Shown here: one piece after another, positions 7,251-16,273 of the stretch
Layout: each line of letters starts with the position of its first letter
How positions within the stretch are numbered: position 1 is the stretch's first letter
Source: Elusimicrobiota bacterium
Lineage (GTDB): Bacteria; Elusimicrobiota; Elusimicrobia; UBA1565; UBA9628
Length of the DNA: 32,000 nt
Assembly (NCBI GenBank): GCA_027371715.1
Contig: DAHXMM010000022.1
Coordinates: 1 to 32,000, forward strand
Direction: 5' to 3'
Translations under genes and position numbers: made by a program
The notes under the pieces: generated by a model
Databases searched by the model: none
Told to the model about the DNA's origin: nothing
Seen by the model: the letters and a program-made list of their open reading frames with translations, nothing else

Positions 7251-10200
7251 ATGATTTCTAAAATTATCGAATTCTCCGCGCGCAATAAATTTCTCGTTAT
7301 TTTGCTGACTCTCGCCGCGAGTTTAGGCGCCTTTTACGCCGTTCAAAAAATGCCGTTGGACGCCCTTCCGGATTTGTCCGACACACAGGTTATTGTCGTC
7401 TCGAAATGGGACCAAGCGCCGGAAGTCTTGGAGGACCAGGTCACCTACCCCATCGTCTCCGCTCTTTTGGGCGCGCCCCAGGTCAAGGCCATTCGCGCGA
7501 CCAATGAATTCGGAATTTCCTTAGTCTACGTGATTTTCAAGGACGGCACCAATCTCTATTGGGCGAGAAGCCGGGTTTTAGAATATTTATCAAAAATCAC
7601 GGCGGAACTTCCCAAGGGAGTCAAGACTGAAATCGGCCCCGACGCGACCAGTCTAGGATGGGTCTATCAATACGCCTTGGTGGACGATTCCCACACGCTT
7701 GATTTGCCGCGGCTGCGGGCGCTTGAAGATTGGCAAATTCGCTACCAGCTTCAAAGCGTTCCCGGGGTCGCGGAAGTAGCCTCCATCGGCGGATATCAAA
7801 AGGAGTACCAAATTAAAATAAATCCTCGCGCCCTTTGGAGTTACGGAATTCCCATTACCCGCGTTCTCAAGGCCGTGGCGGAATCCAACAGCGAACGAAG
7901 CGGCGGGACCGTTGAGTTTTCGGGGCGAGAATTCATGATTTTAGGAAAAGGCTATTTAAGAGGCCTTAAGGATATCGCCCAAATTCCCCTGGGACGCGAC
8001 CCGAAAACCGGAACTCCGGTTTTGCTCAAGGACGTCGCTATTCTCAGCCTCGGCCCCGCCAGAAGAAGAGGCGTCGCGGATTTAAACGGACTTGGAGACG
8101 CCGTCGGCGGCATCGTTATTATGAGAAGCGGGGAAAACGCCCTCAACGTCATCGCCCGCGTCAAGGCAAAAATCAAGGAAATCGCGCCATCCTTGCCGCC
8201 GGGAGTTCGCCTTGTCCCGGTTTATGACCGATCAAATCTGATTCACCAGTCCATCCGCACGCTGACGGAGACCCTCGCGGAAGAAATGCTGGTCGTCAGT
8301 TTGGTCATCCTCTTTTTTCTGTGGCATTTTCCATCGGCCATCGTGCCGATCTTGACCATCCCCATCTCTATTTTTCTCGCCTTTATCCCGATGTCGGCCC
8401 TGGGAATTACGACCAACATTATGTCTTTGTCCGGCATCGCTATTTCAATCGGTATTTTAGTAGACGGCGCCATTGTCGAAGTAGAGAACGCCTACAAACG
8501 CCTGGAAGAATGGCAAGCCTCGGGCCGCAAGGGAGATTTTCACGAAGTTCGATTAAAGGCCTTGAGCGAGGTGGGTCCTTCGGTCTTTTTCTCGCTCTTG
8601 GTGATCGCCGCGGCCTTTTTGCCGATTTTTGCCTTGACCGGAGAAGAGGGCCGATTATTTAAACCCCTCGCGTACTCCAAAACCTTCGCGATGGCCTTGG
8701 CCGCGATTTTAGCCGTAACCCTGGACCCCGCCGTCCGAATGCTTTTCACGCGAATGGAGGGATTTAACTTCAAAATCCCCTGGATCAAAAAAATCGCCGA
8801 CGCCCTATTGGTAGGACGCTATTATCCGGAGGAAAAACACCCCGTCAGCCAAAGGCTTTTCAAAATTTATTCTCCCGTCGTTCGCTGGGTTTTGGAAAAG
8901 CCCAAAGCCGTTATTTTATCGGCGATTGCCCTATTAATTTTGAGCTTGCCTATTTTCCGAAGTCTCGGATCCGAATTCATGCCCCCTTTGAACGAGGGGA
9001 CCATCCTTTATATGCCGACCACTTTGCCGGGAATCTCGATTACCGAAGCCGGCCGAGTTCTTCAAATTCAAGATGAAATTCTAAAATCGTTCCCGGAAGT
9101 CAAAACGGTTTATGGAAAAGCCGGACGCGCCGACACTTCGACCGACCCTGCGCCCCTTTCGATGATGGAGACGACCGTCGTATTAAAACCAAGGAAAGAC
9201 TGGCCGAACGTTTCCTGTTTCGGCGGTTTTTGGAAATGCAAAAGTACCTACAAACAAATGATCTCTCAAATGGATCAAAAACTCAAGATTCCCGGATTTC
9301 CCAATATTTGGACGCAGCCCATTCGAAACCGCATCGATATGCTCTCGACCGGCATGAGAACCCCGGTGGGAATCAAAATTTTTGGGCCTCATTTGTCGGG
9401 CATTCAAGACCTCGGCGTTCAAATTGAAAAAACATTAAGCACGGTCGCCGGAACCCGCGAAGCGGTCGCGGAAAGAAGCGCCCAAGGCTATTACGTCAAT
9501 ATTCATCTTAACCGCCGGGCCCTGGCCCGCTACAATCTTTCGGTGGATGAAGCCAATTCGGTCGTCGCCGCAGCCTTGGGAGGAGCAAATCTCACGACCG
9601 TCATCAAAGGCCGAGAGCGTTTCCCCGTCAACGTCCGCTACGCCCCGGATTTTAGGGATAATATCGAAAAAATCAAGGAGACGCTAATTCCCATTTCCGG
9701 CGGGGCTCAAATTCCCTTGGCTGAAATCGCCGACATCCGCAAAAGTCTCGGCCCGGACATGATTCGAGATGAAAACGGGGAGCTGACCGGATACGTCTAT
9801 GTCGATTTAAACACTTCAAATATCGGAGATTACGTCCAAAAAGCGAAAGCCGCTCTTCAAAAATCAGTTTCCCCACCCCCGGGATATCGATACGAATTCA
9901 CCGGTCAATACCGGCAAATGAAAAAAGCGGATCAACGGCTTGAACTGATCATTCCGCTGGCGCTTTTCTTGGTCATTCTTCTTCTTTACTTTAACACGGG
10001 CTCTTGGATGGAAGCGGGAATTGTTCTCTTAGCGGTGCCTTTTTCAGCCATCGGGGCGATCTGGCTCTTGTGGATTTTGGACTATCACCTGTCTGTCGCG
10101 GTTGGAGTCGGGTTTATCGCGCTTTTAGGTCTGGACGCCGAGACCGGAATTTTCATGCTTTTGTATCTGAACCTGGAAAGAAAGGCCCGGGCCTCGACCG

Positions 10201-10457
10201 GACGACTCAATACCTTAAACGATCTCAAGGACGCGATTCACGACGGCGCGGCGAAAAGACTGCGGCCCAAGTTGATGACGGTTTCTTGCGCCTTCTTGGG
10301 ACTTTTGCCCGCGATGTTTGCTCACGGCGCTGGAGCCTCCATGATGAAAAGGATCGCCGCCCCCATGGTCGGCGGATTATTCACGTCCTTTCTGCTTGAA
10401 CTTCTCATCTACCCTGCGGTTTATCTTTTGTGGCGGAAAAATGAGATACAGGAATAA
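7251..10457 (+). CDS. cusA: heavy-metal efflux RND transporter, CusA/CzcA family (Cu/Ag type likely)
   Basis: 1068 aa with 12-TM RND architecture and an AGGAG SD upstream. Residues matching the CusA three-methionine cluster are present: ILYMPTT (M588), APLSMMETT (M638/639) and RIDMLSTG (M697). Confidence 0.92.
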   Translation: MISKIIEFSARNKFLVILLTLAASLGAFYAVQKMPLDALPDLSDTQVIVVSKWDQAPEVLEDQVTYPIVSALLGAPQVKAIRATNEFGISLVYVIFKDGTNLYWARSRVLEYLSKITAELPKGVKTEIGPDATSLGWVYQYALVDDSHTLDLPRLRALEDWQIRYQLQSVPGVAEVASIGGYQKEYQIKINPRALWSYGIPITRVLKAVAESNSERSGGTVEFSGREFMILGKGYLRGLKDIAQIPLGRDPKTGTPVLLKDVAILSLGPARRRGVADLNGLGDAVGGIVIMRSGENALNVIARVKAKIKEIAPSLPPGVRLVPVYDRSNLIHQSIRTLTETLAEEMLVVSLVILFFLWHFPSAIVPILTIPISIFLAFIPMSALGITTNIMSLSGIAISIGILVDGAIVEVENAYKRLEEWQASGRKGDFHEVRLKALSEVGPSVFFSLLVIAAAFLPIFALTGEEGRLFKPLAYSKTFAMALAAILAVTLDPAVRMLFTRMEGFNFKIPWIKKIADALLVGRYYPEEKHPVSQRLFKIYSPVVRWVLEKPKAVILSAIALLILSLPIFRSLGSEFMPPLNEGTILYMPTTLPGISITEAGRVLQIQDEILKSFPEVKTVYGKAGRADTSTDPAPLSMMETTVVLKPRKDWPNVSCFGGFWKCKSTYKQMISQMDQKLKIPGFPNIWTQPIRNRIDMLSTGMRTPVGIKIFGPHLSGIQDLGVQIEKTLSTVAGTREAVAERSAQGYYVNIHLNRRALARYNLSVDEANSVVAAALGGANLTTVIKGRERFPVNVRYAPDFRDNIEKIKETLIPISGGAQIPLAEIADIRKSLGPDMIRDENGELTGYVYVDLNTSNIGDYVQKAKAALQKSVSPPPGYRYEFTGQYRQMKKADQRLELIIPLALFLVILLLYFNTGSWMEAGIVLLAVPFSAIGAIWLLWILDYHLSVAVGVGFIALLGLDAETGIFMLLYLNLERKARASTGRLNTLNDLKDAIHDGAAKRLRPKLMTVSCAFLGLLPAMFAHGAGASMMKRIAAPMVGGLFTSFLLELLIYPAVYLLWRKNEIQE

Positions 10458-10490
10458 TTTTTTATCGATAAGGCATTACTTAAAGCCGCC

Positions 10491-11147
10491 TCAATGTCCT
10501 TCCGCCAAAAGAAGCTCTCCCGCGTAAAGTCTTTTATTGTCGGAATTAAACTCATGCTTGACGTCAACCAAAAGCTTCTCCAGAGACAATATCTTCCAGC
10601 CCTGGCAATAATAGACGCCGGGACTCTTTTGGTTCATCTCCAAGGATAAAACAAAGTGATGGACGTCCTGGGTAATCTTAAAATCTTCCGAGGGGGAAAG
10701 ATAAAATGAACGCTGGGTTGTTTCCACATTTTTCCGATTAAACGTCTTGCATTCGAGATAATTACGGCGCTCGTTTTGGTCCACGAATTCCAAATCGGGA
10801 TAACCCGCCGACTTTGTTTTTCCATTTACTTGCGGCTTTCCCGCCTTCCTCGCCCCAGATTCGATGAGCGCCTTCTCCACAAAAGCTTCAATGGCATTGC
10901 CCACTTCATTGGGACGCCGACTTCTGATGCCCTCTTTATTGATATACCTTTTAAAGCTGTTTGAGCCGTCTTTTTCATCAGACGGCTTAAATGGAACCAC
11001 GCGATGGCCCGATAGAGATTCAATGACGAGCCGAAAGGGAACGTCCTTGAGAGGCTCAATCATATGTTTGACGATGGATTCGAGTCGCTGGACATAAACC
11101 GCGTCCGAGACGAGGCTTTCCCTATCCTTGGTCTTGGGATAATTCAC
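10491..11147 (-). CDS. type II restriction endonuclease candidate (PD-(D/E)xK fold)
   Basis: GYPDLEFVDQNERRNYLECKT gives P117-D118 ... E132-C133-K134, a classical PD-x13-ExK catalytic motif. The GTG start has AAGGAGG 4 nt upstream and overlaps the methyltransferase stop (GTGA). I recognise no other family. Confidence 0.65.
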   Translation of the reverse strand: MNYPKTKDRESLVSDAVYVQRLESIVKHMIEPLKDVPFRLVIESLSGHRVVPFKPSDEKDGSNSFKRYINKEGIRSRRPNEVGNAIEAFVEKALIESGARKAGKPQVNGKTKSAGYPDLEFVDQNERRNYLECKTFNRKNVETTQRSFYLSPSEDFKITQDVHHFVLSLEMNQKSPGVYYCQGWKILSLEKLLVDVKHEFNSDNKRLYAGELLLAEGH

Positions 11148-12481
11148 GGCGCCTCCTTGCGGAAAATAACAATGCGATTCGTATTCGTGCCCAGAGAATT
11201 ATTGCCGATGCCCCAGATATTCGACGTTTTCGTGAACCGCTGCTCGTTGACCATGACGCAAAGGCATTTAAAACCCGCGGATATTCCAACCGGAATGACA
11301 TAATCCTCGAGCTTAAGAGTTCCCTTGCGGATTTCGCCGACCTCGAAAGCGACATAGCCTCCAGGCATGGTCACTCGGAGCAAATCGCGAAAAACATCCT
11401 TCATCACGGACGCCCATTCCTTGACCGCCCGAGATATCGTTATTTTTGGAGAAATACTGGCGAAGTCAATTCCATTAAACCACAAGCGAAGCCAGTTATC
11501 CTTGGAGTATTCCACGATGTCAAGAAAAGGTGGAGAAGTCACCGTCAACTTCACTGATTCGGGTTCCACCTCCAAAACTTTTGCGGCATTGCGGCAGGCA
11601 AACAAGGCCTTCCGGGAAGCAAAATTCAACCGTTCGATATCCCTCAATGTCAAATCTTTCATTAGGGCTTTCGTTTTTTTGAGGATAATTTTTCGAATAT
11701 CCCTATATTCGGGAGTTTGATTTCTCTTCTCGTTGATTCGTTTTTGATCCTCTTGGGATGCCGCCTGATTGGGAGGAAGCGTATAGACGGAAAAAAATCC
11801 GCTCGAATGACCCGTCAGACGATTGGTCGCCGTCATCCGAATCCAACGATCAATATCATCTTCTTTTCCCTCGGTTTCTCTTTGATTGAGATAGGTTCTC
11901 AGGGAAACTATCTCGCTTTCCGTTATCGGGTGATAAAACATGCTTAAATCGATTTCCGCCCGTGACTTCCTATCCATTGGAATGGAATCCAAGCGCCTTA
12001 AAATTTGTTCCATGTCGGGGACGCGCAACCTTGGACGAGCCAATATTTTGCTCAGCGGATTTATGTCGTTTCCAACGGGAATGCGCCCCAAAAGCGCCGC
12101 CTCAATCGCGGTCGTCCCGCGTCCAAGAAACGGATCATAAACCCTGTCTCCCGGAAGAGTCAGGCGTTCAATAAAAAAACGCGGCAGTTGAGGCTTAAAG
12201 CAGGCGCGGTAGGACACTTCATGAACGGAATTGCCTTGCCTTTGGCGCGAAGTCCAAAATTCGCCTGTAAATACGGGGATATCAGCGCCTGATTTATTCC
12301 AAACGCCCAAGCGCGGGAGTTTAGACTCCAAAGGCGATTTATCGTCCAACCCCATCGCGGGTGAATTTAGAAATTCAAAAAACCAGCGGATTTCAGGGCT
12401 GACTTGCCCCTCTTTTTGAAGACTTAATTCCTGGCTAACTATCGGCGATCCAAAACTCATATTCATTTTAGTATACCACAC
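11144..12481 (-). CDS. site-specific DNA methyltransferase (N4-cytosine or N6-adenine; SPPF motif favours N4C)
   Basis: The AdoMet motif DPFLGRGTTAIEA lies at aa 116-128 and the catalytic motif TSPPF at aa 315-319. Motif I therefore precedes motif IV, separated by ~190 aa (alpha-like permutation). The gene is coupled to the downstream nuclease gene. Confidence 0.88.
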   Translation of the reverse strand: MWYTKMNMSFGSPIVSQELSLQKEGQVSPEIRWFFEFLNSPAMGLDDKSPLESKLPRLGVWNKSGADIPVFTGEFWTSRQRQGNSVHEVSYRACFKPQLPRFFIERLTLPGDRVYDPFLGRGTTAIEAALLGRIPVGNDINPLSKILARPRLRVPDMEQILRRLDSIPMDRKSRAEIDLSMFYHPITESEIVSLRTYLNQRETEGKEDDIDRWIRMTATNRLTGHSSGFFSVYTLPPNQAASQEDQKRINEKRNQTPEYRDIRKIILKKTKALMKDLTLRDIERLNFASRKALFACRNAAKVLEVEPESVKLTVTSPPFLDIVEYSKDNWLRLWFNGIDFASISPKITISRAVKEWASVMKDVFRDLLRVTMPGGYVAFEVGEIRKGTLKLEDYVIPVGISAGFKCLCVMVNEQRFTKTSNIWGIGNNSLGTNTNRIVIFRKEAP

Positions 12482-12615
12482 CTCTTATACGGCTCAAAGC
12501 CCTATTTTGTTCCCTTGGATGCCCCCGTTTATCTTTAGCACAACCCCAAAGACCCAGGCGGCGTCTAGGTCTTTAGACCCTGACTGAACCTCGAAAATTG
12601 GTTTATCCTAACCTT

Positions 12616-14712
12616 ATGAATATTCAACGCCAATCTAAGAAAAATTGGTTCGCCCTTTTTCTGGTCTTGTGCCTTTCTTTTCAAAACGCATTTTCGATTG
12701 CCGCTGATTTTGGGGAAATCAGGGAAAACATTCCCCAAAACTCAAGAATCGGTCATTCTTTATCGGGGCCCGACCTCTCGTTTTTCCTCACTCCCCAGGA
12801 AATGTTGGCGCAATATCAGGAAGCTGAAGACCGCTATCAAATAGAAATTAAGAAAGTTCTCTCGGTTCCCCAAGATCAAATTAATTTTGAGAATACCGCG
12901 AAAGCCCTTGAAGCGGCCGCAGCGAATTACTCGGATAAAATCCAACCTCTCACCTTCCTCAGCCAAGTTTCCCCCAACCCTCAAATCCGAGAGGCGGCGG
13001 AGAGAATTGAAGAAAAAGCCCAAAACTTTGGAAATAATATCGATCACGAGGCCCTTTACAAGATTTTGCGCCAGTGCGCCAATAAAAGAGAGAATCTCGA
13101 TGAAAAAGACTCCGAATTACTTAAAAGTAGCCTCCAAAGTTTTCAATCCGGCGGAATTGGGCTTAAACCCGAAGCGAGAGAGCGGCTGAAAGTCATTGAC
13201 GAACGCCTGGGTCAAATCGCGATGGAGTTTCAAAAAAACATTAATGAAAACGACGATTTTATCGCCGCCAACCGAGAAGAGCTTAACGGCCTGCCGGATG
13301 ATTATATCAATGGACTTCAAAAAAATGAAAGCGGGAAGTATCTCGTGACCCTCAAATACCCGGACTATGTCCCTTTCATGCAACAAGCGGAAAACGCTTC
13401 CCTAAGAAAAAAAATTGAATTTAAATTCAATAATCGCGCGTCCCAAAAAAACATTCCTCTTCTTCAAGAAGCTCTGAAGCTCAAGGACGAATCGGCAAAA
13501 ATCCAAGGGTATCCCTCCTATCCGGATATGGCTTTGGAAGACCGAATGGCCGAAAAACCGGAAAACGTCTGGCAGTTTTTAAACGGACTTTTGCCCCTTT
13601 TGAGATCCAAGGGAGACAAAGAACTTGAAGAACTTCTCAAAATCAAGCAGAAAGATTTCCCCGAGGCCCAAAAAGTTCATTCTTGGGAAAAAAGCTATTA
13701 CCTGGACAAGTGGCACAAATCTCAAAACAAAACCGATGAGGGTCTGATTAAGGAATATTTTCCGGTCAATCAAGTAGTCGAAGGAACCCTAAAAACTTAT
13801 CAAAAAATTTTGGGAGTTCAATTTTCCGAGATTCAAAATCCGGATGTTTGGCACAAAGACGTCCGGGCTTTTGAAATTAGGGACGCAAAAACCAACCAAC
13901 GCATCGGCCATTTCTATCTTGATCTCTATCCTAGGCCGGGAAAATTCGGGCATGCCGCGGTTTTTCCCTTGGTCAACGGCCGCGAGACTAAAAATGCCTA
14001 TCAAGAGCCCTCGGCGGCGATGGTCGCAAACCTCAGCCCGCCCCGCGCCGATCGCCCGGCCCTTCTTAACTTTGACGAAGTGGAAACCTTCTTTCATGAG
14101 TTCGGGCATTTGATGCATCATACGCTCACCAAGGCCCGATACGCGAGTTTTTCTGGAATGAATGTCGCCTTGGATTTTGTCGAAGCGCCTTCTCAAATGA
14201 TGGAAAATTTTATTTGGGAGCCCGAGGTTCTAAATGAAATTTCCGGACATTATCAAGACTCTCAAAGAAAACTCCCCAAAGAGATTCTCAATGAGATGAA
14301 ACAATCGAAGAAACTGGGAGAATCCTTGGCTTATCTAAGACAACTGGCCTTGGCCCTTGCCGACATGACCCTTCACGCGACGATTCCCAATGACGCGAAC
14401 ACGCTTTTCAATCAAATCATGGGTTGGATTAGTCTCTTCCCACCCCAGGAGAACACTCATTTTGCCGCGAGTTTCGGCCATCTTCTCGGCGGCTACGGCG
14501 CCGGATATTACGCGTACTTGTGGTCTGAAGTCTTCGCCGACGATCTCTTCTCGCGCTTTAAAAAAGAAGGAATTTTAAACCCGCAGGTCGGAATGGAGTA
14601 TCGCAAGAAAATCCTTGAGCAGGGAAGCGAACGACCCGAAATGGAATCCATGAAGGATTTCTTGGGTCGCGAGCCTAACAACGAGGCTTTCTTAAATAAA
14701 ATCCTAAACTAA
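12616..14712 (+). CDS. secreted M3-family zinc metallopeptidase (thimet oligopeptidase / oligopeptidase A-like)
   Basis: FFHEFGHLMHH (HExxH) with the downstream FVEAPSQMMEN third zinc-ligand motif typical of M3. The N-terminus is signal-peptide-like (KKNWFALFLVLCLSFQNAFS). I prefer the ATG at 12616 over the TTG at 12598 in the ORF track. Confidence 0.92.
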   Translation: MNIQRQSKKNWFALFLVLCLSFQNAFSIAADFGEIRENIPQNSRIGHSLSGPDLSFFLTPQEMLAQYQEAEDRYQIEIKKVLSVPQDQINFENTAKALEAAAANYSDKIQPLTFLSQVSPNPQIREAAERIEEKAQNFGNNIDHEALYKILRQCANKRENLDEKDSELLKSSLQSFQSGGIGLKPEARERLKVIDERLGQIAMEFQKNINENDDFIAANREELNGLPDDYINGLQKNESGKYLVTLKYPDYVPFMQQAENASLRKKIEFKFNNRASQKNIPLLQEALKLKDESAKIQGYPSYPDMALEDRMAEKPENVWQFLNGLLPLLRSKGDKELEELLKIKQKDFPEAQKVHSWEKSYYLDKWHKSQNKTDEGLIKEYFPVNQVVEGTLKTYQKILGVQFSEIQNPDVWHKDVRAFEIRDAKTNQRIGHFYLDLYPRPGKFGHAAVFPLVNGRETKNAYQEPSAAMVANLSPPRADRPALLNFDEVETFFHEFGHLMHHTLTKARYASFSGMNVALDFVEAPSQMMENFIWEPEVLNEISGHYQDSQRKLPKEILNEMKQSKKLGESLAYLRQLALALADMTLHATIPNDANTLFNQIMGWISLFPPQENTHFAASFGHLLGGYGAGYYAYLWSEVFADDLFSRFKKEGILNPQVGMEYRKKILEQGSERPEMESMKDFLGREPNNEAFLNKILN

Positions 14713-15203
14713 GGCGTCAGTTTCGCGCCAGACTGTTGATACCAATACTTAGGCGCGTTGGAATCAAAAGGATAGCGCAGAGGCGCGATCGCGTCCACAA
14801 AAGCGATTACCTGGCTCCCATTCACCACATAGCCCCAGCCGCCCGTATTTTTAATTTTGGATCCGTCAACTTGTCCGTTTTTTAAAATCGTGGACGAATA
14901 AACCGTCACCAAGCGAGTGCTTCGGTAGCTGGGAATTCCCAACTCAACAATGGGGATCTCAAACAAGTATTTAGGAACCAGAGACTTAAGGTCCGGGGGA
15001 ATTGTCCCATGGTCATGATAATAGGCCGCGATGGCATCATCAATATTTCCCAAAAATGAAAGAGTCTGAGACTCATCCGCCTGAACCTGCACCTTTGAAG
15101 CCGCCTTATCCATCGCGCGAGATGACGAATCGGTAAAAAGTTGCGTCGAAGACGCGCAAGCCGTAAATGAAAATACAGCCGCTAAGAAAAATATTTTTTT
15201 CAC
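14709..15203 (-). CDS. lipoprotein, pseudopilin/GspG-like core suspected
   Basis: GTG start overlapping the mnmA stop (GTGA). Signal peptide with a lipobox (AAVFSFTAC). IDDAIAAYYHDHGTIPPDLKSLVPKYLFEIP resembles the helix-loop signature of type II secretion pseudopilins and type IV pilins, but no prepilin cleavage motif is present. Confidence 0.6.
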   Translation of the reverse strand: MKKIFFLAAVFSFTACASSTQLFTDSSSRAMDKAASKVQVQADESQTLSFLGNIDDAIAAYYHDHGTIPPDLKSLVPKYLFEIPIVELGIPSYRSTRLVTVYSSTILKNGQVDGSKIKNTGGWGYVVNGSQVIAFVDAIAPLRYPFDSNAPKYWYQQSGAKLTP

Positions 15204-16273
15204 CGTAAGACCTCCCTAATTGTTCCTCCGCCGATAACCTCCGTTCCATGATACAAAACCGCCGATTGTCCCGGGGTAATGGCTCTTTGTGGAGAATCGA
15301 AATGAATGCGCACCCGCCCGCTTTCCGTCAATAAAAACTTCGAAGACGCGGGCATGTGACGATGACGAATGCGAACTTCGGCCCGACCCTCCAAAATTGG
15401 CCGACCACCGCTCCAACTCATGTCGGACACCTCGCAAAGAGACGCCAGCGTCTCTTCTTTTTCTCCCACAATCACTGTTTGATTCTCGGGATCCAAACGC
15501 ACAACGTATTTCGGATCCGGCGTCCCTGACACCAAACCCTTTCTTTGCCCAATCGTATAACCCACGGTTCCCTGATGACGACCAAGTTCGCGGCCAGAAA
15601 TATCTTTGATTGGGCCGGATTTAAGGGCGGATTGAATTTTTGAACTCAAGGGATGAGATTTCACAAACCCACGATAATCGCGGTTGGGGATAAAACAAAT
15701 TTCTTGACTCTCCGGCTTATCTGCCGTCTTAAGCCCCAAGCGCCTTGCATAATCTCTAACCTCCGGCTTTGAAAGTTCCCCCACGGGAAAAATAAGCCGA
15801 GATAATTCGCTAGGGCCCAAATTGTAAAGAAAATAAGTCTGATCTTTGTTTTCATCGCAAGCGCGGTAAAGTTTTCCGTCCTGAACCCGCGCGTAATGGC
15901 CCGTAGCCAAAAATTTTGCGTTCCACGCTTCCGCAAGCCCCAACAAATGCCCAAATTTGACAAAGCGGTTACAGAGAGCGCAAGGATTGGGAGTGTCCCC
16001 ACGAAGATAAGACTCAACAAAAGGACGAATGACCTTATCTTCGAAAAGCTCATCCATGGTAATCACATAATGGGAAATATTAAGTCGAGACGCCACTGCT
16101 TTCGCATCCGCGATATCGGCCGGCGACCCGCAACAACCAAAGCCCGTGGGCGCGCCGGGCAAAAGCTGAAGGGTCACTCCAATCGTCTCAAAACCTTGCT
16201 CAACAAGCAAAGCGGCGGCGACCGAACTGTCCACCCCTCCCGACATCGCGACAACCGCTCGTTCTTGAGTCAT
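15200..16273 (-). CDS. mnmA: tRNA 2-thiouridine(34) synthase
   Basis: PP-loop VVAMSGGVDSSVAA, CGSPADIADA, NPCALCN and TGHYAR motifs. I prefer the start at M31 of the tracked ORF (ATG 16273-16271), which forms an ATGA overlap with the upstream desulfurase stop. Confidence 0.93.
   Translation of the reverse strand: MTQERAVVAMSGGVDSSVAAALLVEQGFETIGVTLQLLPGAPTGFGCCGSPADIADAKAVASRLNISHYVITMDELFEDKVIRPFVESYLRGDTPNPCALCNRFVKFGHLLGLAEAWNAKFLATGHYARVQDGKLYRACDENKDQTYFLYNLGPSELSRLIFPVGELSKPEVRDYARRLGLKTADKPESQEICFIPNRDYRGFVKSHPLSSKIQSALKSGPIKDISGRELGRHQGTVGYTIGQRKGLVSGTPDPKYVVRLDPENQTVIVGEKEETLASLCEVSDMSWSGGRPILEGRAEVRIRHRHMPASSKFLLTESGRVRIHFDSPQRAITPGQSAVLYHGTEVIGGGTIREVLR

Noticed and set aside
6955-7254. 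99-aa plus-strand ORF filling the cusB-cusA spacer.
   Set aside because: It runs through three strong hairpins and the antisense tRNA-like sequence. It has no SD, and its translation (RRRGCPSRLRERDSNPHRP...) looks like translated structured RNA and not a protein.
10491-12481. Assigning the R-M pair to a named system (for example BamHI-like, because the nuclease is about 215 aa and the methyltransferase about 430 aa).
   Set aside because: The nuclease sequence does not resemble what I recall of BamHI, and its catalytic motif is ExK rather than BamHI's ExE. Size alone is not evidence, so the specificity is left unassigned.
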